64,000 nucleotides of DNA, taken from the IMG/VR virus record IMGVR_UViG_3300020160_002696, positions 1-64,000 of that record. The stretch is one strand, 5' to 3'. Made by a program: the position numbers and the translations under genes. A model generated the notes under the pieces. The model saw only the letters and a program-made list of their open reading frames with translations, made no database searches and had not been told where the DNA came from. Below are positions 58,343 to 64,000 of this stretch, one piece after another (the first letter of the stretch is position 1; every line of letters begins with the position of its first letter). The stretch comes from a virus.

Positions 58343-59068
58343 TTAATTGGTCTTTTTTATTTTATGAGCTAAATTATCCCATAGTATTCTATAAATATCA
58401 TCAATCTTATCATATTTAATTCTAACTAATTCAATATAGTGTTCTTCGCAATATTCATTCTTTACTTTATCATTTGATTTAATACGTTCTAAAGTATCAA
58501 CACCACCAAACCTTTCAATTGGTTCAAAATGTTGTCTACCATCAAACTCTATACAAACTCTAAGAGTAGGTAAATAAAAATCAAATATAACATCATCTAA
58601 TTTATGTTTTTCCTTAAATACAATTTTATATTTTCTTAAAAAATTATGTATTTCTGTTTCACCAAACAAATCCATTTTCTTCATTTCATCATTGATAATA
58701 GATTCTTCTGTTCTTCTAAATTCTGGTGCCATTCCTTTTAAGTGTGAAGTTGGTCTTTGTAAATAAACTATACCATCATAAATGATTTTAACATCAATTA
58801 AAGCACCTTTATATTCAGTTAATGTATAATCATATTTATTACCCCAAACGTCTTTAGATTCACTTATAAATTGTTCTGTAGTTCTTGTTGGTGTATTCTT
58901 TTCAGGACATTTACCCATTAAATGCTTAGAAACTCTTTGCTCATATTTAACATTATTATATTCAATAATAATTTTATCAGATAAAATTATCTTATCTGAT
59001 AGATTTAAGTATTTGTATTTGTAACCATGTTGGTTATGAGCTCTTTCTAAAAATTCACTTCTTGTCAT
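58343..59068 (-). mobile_element. Free-standing Vsr/DUF559-like (PD-(D/E)xK) putative homing endonuclease
   Basis: Two F...HG.KY.Y...HL.G repeats plus FDFYLP...IEFDGRQHF...D..KNEYC...LVRI. Confidence 0.7.
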
Positions 59069-59201
59069 TTCCTATATATTCCAATTTATTTATGATTTAT
59101 ATATTAGAAAGTTATACTCCCCTGCAAAACTTTTTTAAAAAATGTTGAAAGGGGAGAGAAATAACTTTATATATACTTTATAAAAATATTAGAAAATTAA
59201 A

Positions 59202-60425
59202 ATGGCTAAACAAGTTAAAGAAGGAAAAAAATTTGAATTCAGTAAAGTAGGTTCGATTTTGGATAACATAGCAAAATCTGTTCCAATTATTATTGAGAAG
59301 GAAGTTAAAGAAAAACAATTTATATCAACTGGTTGTTATTTATTAGATGCTGCATTATCTGCAAAATTAGTTGGTGGTGGAATCTTAGGTGGTCGTATCT
59401 TTGGTTTATTAGGAGAATCTGGAGCAGGTAAATCATTTATTGCTTACTCTATTTGTAAGTCAGCTCAGAAATCAGGTGCATCAATTATTTATATTGATAC
59501 TGAAAACTCAATTGATTTAGAAGGAATCACAAAATTTGGTATTGATAATGCACCAGATAAATTCAGATTAGTTAGATCTAATAAAGTTGAAGATATTAAT
59601 ATATTCTTAACTCAATTATTAGATGAATTAAAAGATGCTAAAATGGATGGTTTTGAAATTCCTAAAATTGTTATTGTACTTGATTCAATTGGTATGATGT
59701 CTTCTAATAAAGAGAAAGAAGATTTATTAAAAGGAGCAATGAAACAAGATATGACTAGAGCAAAAGGATTAAATGCACTTTTTAGAAGTATTAGTTCTGA
59801 CTTAGGTTTCTTAGATATTCCAATGGTTTGTTGTAACCACACATACTTATCTCAAGATTTATTTCCTAAAGAAATATCTAAAGGTGGTATGGGTCTTGTT
59901 TACTCTGCATCAGTATTAGGATTTTTAAGTAAATCAAAATTAAAAACTGGTGAAGAAGATGATATGGACTTAGGACAATCAGGTATTTCAGTTCTATTTA
60001 AAACACAAAAGAATAGATTGGCAAAACCTAAAAAGATTAGATTTGATATTTCATTTGCACATGGTATGAATCCTTATACTGGATTAGATGCTTTCTGTAG
60101 ACCTGAATACTTTAATCAAATTGGTATTGCTAAAGGTAAAATGGAAGTTGATAAATCAACAGGTGAAATGAAGTTCATACCAGGTGGCATTAGATGGTAT
60201 GTTGACCACTTAAATAAATCAGTAACAACTAAACAATTATTCACACAAGAAGTATTCACACAAGAAGTATTGGAAAAAATGGCACCAATAGTTAATGATT
60301 ATTTCAGATTTAAAAGTATTGATGAAATTGATGAAGTTGAAAAAGAATTTAATGCAATCATTGAGGAAGAAGATGATACAAACGGATTTACAGATGCAGC
60401 AGATGCAGATGATATTTTCGGATAA
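59202..60425 (+). CDS. uvsX: UvsX/RecA-like recombinase
   Basis: ISTG, GESGAGKS, YIDTE, VLDSIG, DMTRAK, NHTY, GG.G..YSAS, KNR. Confidence 0.92.
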   Translation: MAKQVKEGKKFEFSKVGSILDNIAKSVPIIIEKEVKEKQFISTGCYLLDAALSAKLVGGGILGGRIFGLLGESGAGKSFIAYSICKSAQKSGASIIYIDTENSIDLEGITKFGIDNAPDKFRLVRSNKVEDINIFLTQLLDELKDAKMDGFEIPKIVIVLDSIGMMSSNKEKEDLLKGAMKQDMTRAKGLNALFRSISSDLGFLDIPMVCCNHTYLSQDLFPKEISKGGMGLVYSASVLGFLSKSKLKTGEEDDMDLGQSGISVLFKTQKNRLAKPKKIRFDISFAHGMNPYTGLDAFCRPEYFNQIGIAKGKMEVDKSTGEMKFIPGGIRWYVDHLNKSVTTKQLFTQEVFTQEVLEKMAPIVNDYFRFKSIDEIDEVEKEFNAIIEEEDDTNGFTDAADADDIFG

Positions 60426-60482
60426 AAAAAGAAAACCTCTTTTATAAGTAGGTTTAAAAACAAAAAATAAAAATTAGAAATT

Positions 60483-60653
60483 ATGAACAAACAAGAAATT
60501 TTTGAACAATTAGCAACTTTATGGGCTTCTTTTGAAGAAAACCATGCTAAAACAACTAAAAAATCTGATGCTGATGCACGTAAAGCATTAGGAGAAATTA
60601 AAAAGTTGGTAACTCCTTATAGAGCAGCATCTGTAGCAGAAGCAAAAGCATAA
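60483..60653 (+). CDS. Hc1 / bacterial histone H1-like protein (not in ORF track)
   Basis: MNKQEIFEQLATLWASFEENHAKTTKKSDADARKALGEIKKLVTPYRAASVAEAKA. Confidence 0.7.
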   Translation: MNKQEIFEQLATLWASFEENHAKTTKKSDADARKALGEIKKLVTPYRAASVAEAKA

Positions 60654-60731
60654 TAAGAATCTGTTTTTCCATATTTTGTAAAATATGGTGGTGGAAGTTG
60701 ACAGTACCAGTGTCGACCCTTTATAAAGTAA

Positions 60732-60755
60732 AAACCTCTAAGAAATTAGAGGTTT
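60732..60755. terminator. Bidirectional terminator
   Basis: aaacctctaa-gaaa-ttagaggttt. Confidence 0.75.
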
Positions 60756-61273
60756 ACTTTTTTTTCACCAAATGATAAACTCATTTTGTAATACCACACA
60801 CACCAATAAAAAATAGTGTATAATGAGCCAATCATTGTACGTATATGAAAATAATGTTTAATTAAACCATCAATTACTTGAAATACAATCATTAGTAAAA
60901 GCATTATAATCTGAACTTTATCTGACTTCTTTGAGTATAGTAATTTCTTTATCTTATTAAGTCTATTACCATTAAAGAACTTATGACTTGTTATTCCTTC
61001 TAACTTATCATCCCTATTACAAGAAACACATAAATGAAAATCTTCTCTTTTTGGATCCTTTACTGCTTTTTTATATATTTCATCTAATTTATCATACTTT
61101 TCTTGTGTATCTAAATTTTCAGTTAAGTCAATTTTACAAGAATAACATCTTATACCTTGTTTAACATCCCAACTTACATTTTTTCTTTTCTTAAAAAGAA
61201 TGTATAATCTTATACTTATTACTACTATACAAAGTAATGATATTGCAGAAACTATTGTTGATAATATATCCAT
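60746..61273 (-). CDS. Membrane protein with CxxC...CxxC and internal RDDKL tag
   Basis: Three hydrophobic segments; CYSC...CVSCNRDDKLEGI. Confidence 0.7.
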   Translation of the reverse strand: MDILSTIVSAISLLCIVVISIRLYILFKKRKNVSWDVKQGIRCYSCKIDLTENLDTQEKYDKLDEIYKKAVKDPKREDFHLCVSCNRDDKLEGITSHKFFNGNRLNKIKKLLYSKKSDKVQIIMLLLMIVFQVIDGLIKHYFHIRTMIGSLYTIFYWCVWYYKMSLSFGEKKVNL

Positions 61274-61731
61274 TATCCTAAAATTAAAGATAAGAATTTA
61301 TCTCTCTTTTCTTGTTTAGAAAGAGATTTAATACACTCTGGTCCTAAACCATTTTCAATACTTGATGGAACTGTTAGAACTCTACCACATTTACCACAAG
61401 TACCTTCATGCCAAACTTCAACAAAGTCTTGAAGTTTACCTATTTTAAGTTTATTTAATACATAGTCAAATACTTTAACTGATTGAGCTTCTGATGAAAC
61501 AGCAGATTTTTTACCATGTCTGTAAACACCTTCAACAGCAGTTCCTAAATAAGTATAAGTATCTGGACCAGTTAATACACTAACAAAGAAAAGATTACTA
61601 TCTTTGTCTTTAGATTTTTTTACTTTAAAAGTAAATCTGTTTTCAGTTTTGGTATTAACAACTGTAAATGTTGAATTACCTGCAAACATAAATTTTAAAG
61701 CATCTGTGTTATTTAATTTGTGTCCTGACAT
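61273..61731 (-). CDS. DUF6011-like zinc-finger protein with C-terminal tag variant
   Basis: CGKCGRVLTVPSSIENGLGPEC; ends EKRDKFLSLILG; TACTTTTG -7 box at 61750-61757. Confidence 0.75.
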   Translation of the reverse strand: MSGHKLNNTDALKFMFAGNSTFTVVNTKTENRFTFKVKKSKDKDSNLFFVSVLTGPDTYTYLGTAVEGVYRHGKKSAVSSEAQSVKVFDYVLNKLKIGKLQDFVEVWHEGTCGKCGRVLTVPSSIENGLGPECIKSLSKQEKRDKFLSLILG

Positions 61732-61781
61732 ATATCTTATTTGTTTCTACAAAAGTACAAAAAAACTTTTATATATACACT

Positions 61782-62405
61782 ATGAAAATTAAAAAATTTG
61801 GTATTTTTTTAGAAAGTTTAGCAAGACCTGATAGTAGTTTAAAAACACTAAAGAGAACTAAAGAACTTAATGGTTCTGACTTTTTAGAGATATTAAATGA
61901 AAATTGTAAAAATTTCTCTTTTGATAATACACAACTTTGGAGGTCAAAAACAAAGAAATATAATTTAGAGTTATTTACACCTGCTCCAAGAAATGCAGAT
62001 CCTCTCGCATTTAAAGATTTCTTTAATGAAATTGAACATAATACAGAAGAATATCCAGTTGTTAGAAAAAACTCTTTAATTGGTGGAACTGATAAAGAAA
62101 TTTGTAAGTTTTTAGTTGGTGGTGATATGTATTTAGTTATACCATTTGATGATAGTGAAATAGTATTTTGTCCAATTATGGATATGTGGGCAATGTCAGA
62201 TGATAGAAAAAACTTAACAGGTAAAAATATGTTGGTTAAAGGTAAACCAATAAGTAAAGATGATTTTACAAAAGTTTCTTATACTAAAAACTTTAAATAC
62301 TTAGATAAAGGTTGGAATGGTAAAGGTTGTGAGTTCTTTATATCAAGTCCTTGTTTATTAGTTCATGAAAGTAAAATAGATTGGTTAAAGAAAAACTTAA
62401 AATAG
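61782..62405 (+). CDS. Protein with capsid-targeting-like leader (MKIKKFGIFLES), possible ART-like fold
   Basis: Late promoter at 61768-61777; LWRS...RKNSLIG...CEFFI. Confidence 0.5.
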   Translation: MKIKKFGIFLESLARPDSSLKTLKRTKELNGSDFLEILNENCKNFSFDNTQLWRSKTKKYNLELFTPAPRNADPLAFKDFFNEIEHNTEEYPVVRKNSLIGGTDKEICKFLVGGDMYLVIPFDDSEIVFCPIMDMWAMSDDRKNLTGKNMLVKGKPISKDDFTKVSYTKNFKYLDKGWNGKGCEFFISSPCLLVHESKIDWLKKNLK

Positions 62406-62432
62406 AGAACATGTAGTTTACTATATATGTTT

Positions 62433-63146
62433 ATGAAATATAATATAGTAACAATTGACCCCAGTTTAATCTCTACTGCATTAGTAGTATCATCAGGTGA
62501 TACTTTTAAAATGTATAACTATTGTAGAGAATCAAGTGCCTTTGGTAAAAAAGGAATCACTAAATGGTTTGGTATGGCTGAACAACACATAACTTATAAA
62601 TTTATTGAATATAGAAGTTTTAAAGACTATTCAGAAGGTGAGTTAATAAAATTAAAAGATTATGATAAAATCAGTGATATGATTATTACTGATATTAAAG
62701 AAAATATTGATTCAAATAAACCAACTAAAATTGGTATAGAAGGATATTCATTTTCATCTACTGCAGGTGACATAATTGATTTAGTTACATTTTCAACCAT
62801 TTTAAGAAAGAAACTATTTGATTTAATATCAGAAGACATTACTATACTTTCTCCTTCAACCTTGAAGCTGGAATCTTGTAAATTGACTTATCCACCAATT
62901 AATATTGGTATTAAAAAAGAAAAATGGGTATATAGGAATAATATAGGAATATCAGGTGGTTCATTTACAAAAAGAGAAATATTTTTAACAATTATAGAAA
63001 ATAATAATTGGTCTGACTACTGGACAAAACATTGCAAATTATCTAAGACTGATATTTTAGGAATTGCAAAGATACCAAAACCTTATGAAGATGTGAATGA
63101 TGCATTTTTAATTTATAAATACTTAGAAAAACAAAACCCATCATAA
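62433..63146 (+). CDS. RuvC-like (RNase H fold) nuclease / Holliday junction resolvase
   Basis: TIDPSLISTA, IGIEGYS, PSTLK, EDVNDAF. Confidence 0.7.
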   Translation: MKYNIVTIDPSLISTALVVSSGDTFKMYNYCRESSAFGKKGITKWFGMAEQHITYKFIEYRSFKDYSEGELIKLKDYDKISDMIITDIKENIDSNKPTKIGIEGYSFSSTAGDIIDLVTFSTILRKKLFDLISEDITILSPSTLKLESCKLTYPPINIGIKKEKWVYRNNIGISGGSFTKREIFLTIIENNNWSDYWTKHCKLSKTDILGIAKIPKPYEDVNDAFLIYKYLEKQNPS

Positions 63147-63159
63147 GATGGGTTTTGTT
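63130..63159. terminator. Bidirectional terminator with the same core as 44094-44119
   Basis: aacaaaacccatc-ataa-gatgggttttgtt. Confidence 0.8.
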
Positions 63160-63484
63160 ATATCTTTAATATTAAACTAATTACTTTATCAACCTCTGAT
63201 ATGGAATATATTCCTAAAGTATCAGTAATATTAAACTCTTCTTTTACTATAGATAAATTTTTATCAATCAATGATATTGAAATAAAAGGTAGATTTTTTT
63301 CTTCTCTTAATCCTTCAAGAAAAAATTTTACATAGTTATGATTATAAGTAATACCTATTAATTCACGATTCTTCTGTAATTCATTAACAATTTTATGTAA
63401 AATATCTACCTCTTCTTTTTCTAATTGATTTGGATTCCAACTCCCCATTGTATCAAACATTTCATTAAACTTCCTTAGTTTCAT
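63158..63484 (-). CDS. Protein with capsid-targeting-like leader (MKLRKFNEM)
   Basis: Shared motif. Confidence 0.6.
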   Translation of the reverse strand: MKLRKFNEMFDTMGSWNPNQLEKEEVDILHKIVNELQKNRELIGITYNHNYVKFFLEGLREEKNLPFISISLIDKNLSIVKEEFNITDTLGIYSISEVDKVISLILKI

Positions 63485-63497
63485 TTACTTAGTTGTT

Positions 63498-64000
63498 TTA
63501 TTTTATTGCAGATAATTCATACTTAGGTCTTTTACCTGAGTTTTTCATTATCCAGTTTAATGTTTCTATTTTAGAATCTTTTAACCTTTTTCTACTAATT
63601 TTAATCCAAGTAAAAATATCATCCCAATCACCATCACTTATTTTCTCAAATAAACCAGCTTCTTTGAAATATTCTAAACATTCAATTCTACCATATTCAG
63701 CAGCCCATTTAATTATTTGGTTTCCTTTACCATCTAATAAATCCTGCCATAATTTTGTTTTCTTAATATACTCCATTAATAATAAAAATGGTTCATAATA
63801 AGATTTACCAACATTATCTACTTTTGACCAAGTTCCTTTGTAACAAGCTCTTAATGGTAATGATTGACCAAAGTTAGGATCCAATCCTGCAGATAAACAG
63901 AATTGTAATGGTTCAACTGCATTAACAACATTTTTAAATATTTCACCATTCATCTCAGCACCATAAGAAACTAATAATTTAATCATATCAATTCCTTTAG
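63498..64000 (-). CDS. Ankyrin-repeat-like protein, 5' end probably outside the window
   Basis: IKLLVSYGA, AGLDPN, IKWAAEYGRIECLEYF. Confidence 0.6.
   Translation of the reverse strand, partial: KGIDMIKLLVSYGAEMNGEIFKNVVNAVEPLQFCLSAGLDPNFGQSLPLRACYKGTWSKVDNVGKSYYEPFLLLMEYIKKTKLWQDLLDGKGNQIIKWAAEYGRIECLEYFKEAGLFEKISDGDWDDIFTWIKISRKRLKDSKIETLNWIMKNSGKRPKYELSAIK

Noticed and set aside
44100-63146. C-terminal NPS as a third protein tag
   Set aside because: Explained by terminator hairpins overlapping the stop codons.
1007-63798. Short overlapping or antisense ORFs in the track (e.g. 1007-1375, 23186-23578, 30023-30313, 37564-37941, 49026-49301, 63493-63798)
   Set aside because: Shadow frames of well-supported genes or of repeats, with no motifs or expression signals.
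1-64000. Stop-codon reassignment as in some Bacteroidota jumbo phages
   Set aside because: Genes up to 1925 aa are open in the standard code, TAG terminates several genes cleanly, and the breaks seen are frameshifts rather than in-frame stops.
1-64000. Eukaryotic giant virus or cellular chromosome origin (DnaJ, ankyrin, collagen, CoaE, Sir2)
   Set aside because: UvsX, gp46-like, gp23-like and tail-collar genes, coupled operons, intrinsic terminators and bacterial promoters indicate a T4-like bacteriophage.
1-64000. tRNA genes, or a diversity-generating retroelement acting on the fibre genes
   Set aside because: No cloverleaf/TTCGA arm pattern noticed in the short intergenic gaps, no reverse transcriptase, and no adenine-variable repeat pair seen.

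Overview
A gene-dense, very AT-rich and visibly CpG-poor 64 kb segment of a large T4-like (jumbo) myophage, read in the standard genetic code. The host is probably a Bacteroidota (Flavobacterium-like) bacterium, because TTTG-N19/20-TAnnTTTG promoters precede minus-strand operons and Shine-Dalgarno sequences are not apparent. The window holds recombination and replication genes (UvsX/RecA, gp46/Rad50 ATPase, Toprim primase-like, RuvC-like, minimal ligase), auxiliary genes (CoaE, Sir2, PhoH, DnaJ, Dam, M16 and M28 peptidases, two Nudix, HD proteins, metallophosphoesterase, Hc1-like histone) and a block of giant virion and fibre proteins, including a Hint-domain protein and collagen fibres. The most striking signal is two non-overlapping peptide-tag systems. 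First, about 17 unrelated small proteins, all on the minus strand and mostly in operons with host-type promoters, share an R-x-x-K-[IL]-x-x-[IL] helix. Three of them pair this tag with apparent fragments of virion proteins: a truncated major capsid protein with the tag inserted in it, tail-sheath-like N-terminal peptides, and a collagen snippet. Second, about 14 proteins from TAATATATA-type late-promoter units begin with an MKx[IL]Kx[FY]xE(F) leader resembling the T4 capsid-targeting sequence. All family assignments come from motif recognition by eye, without database searches.
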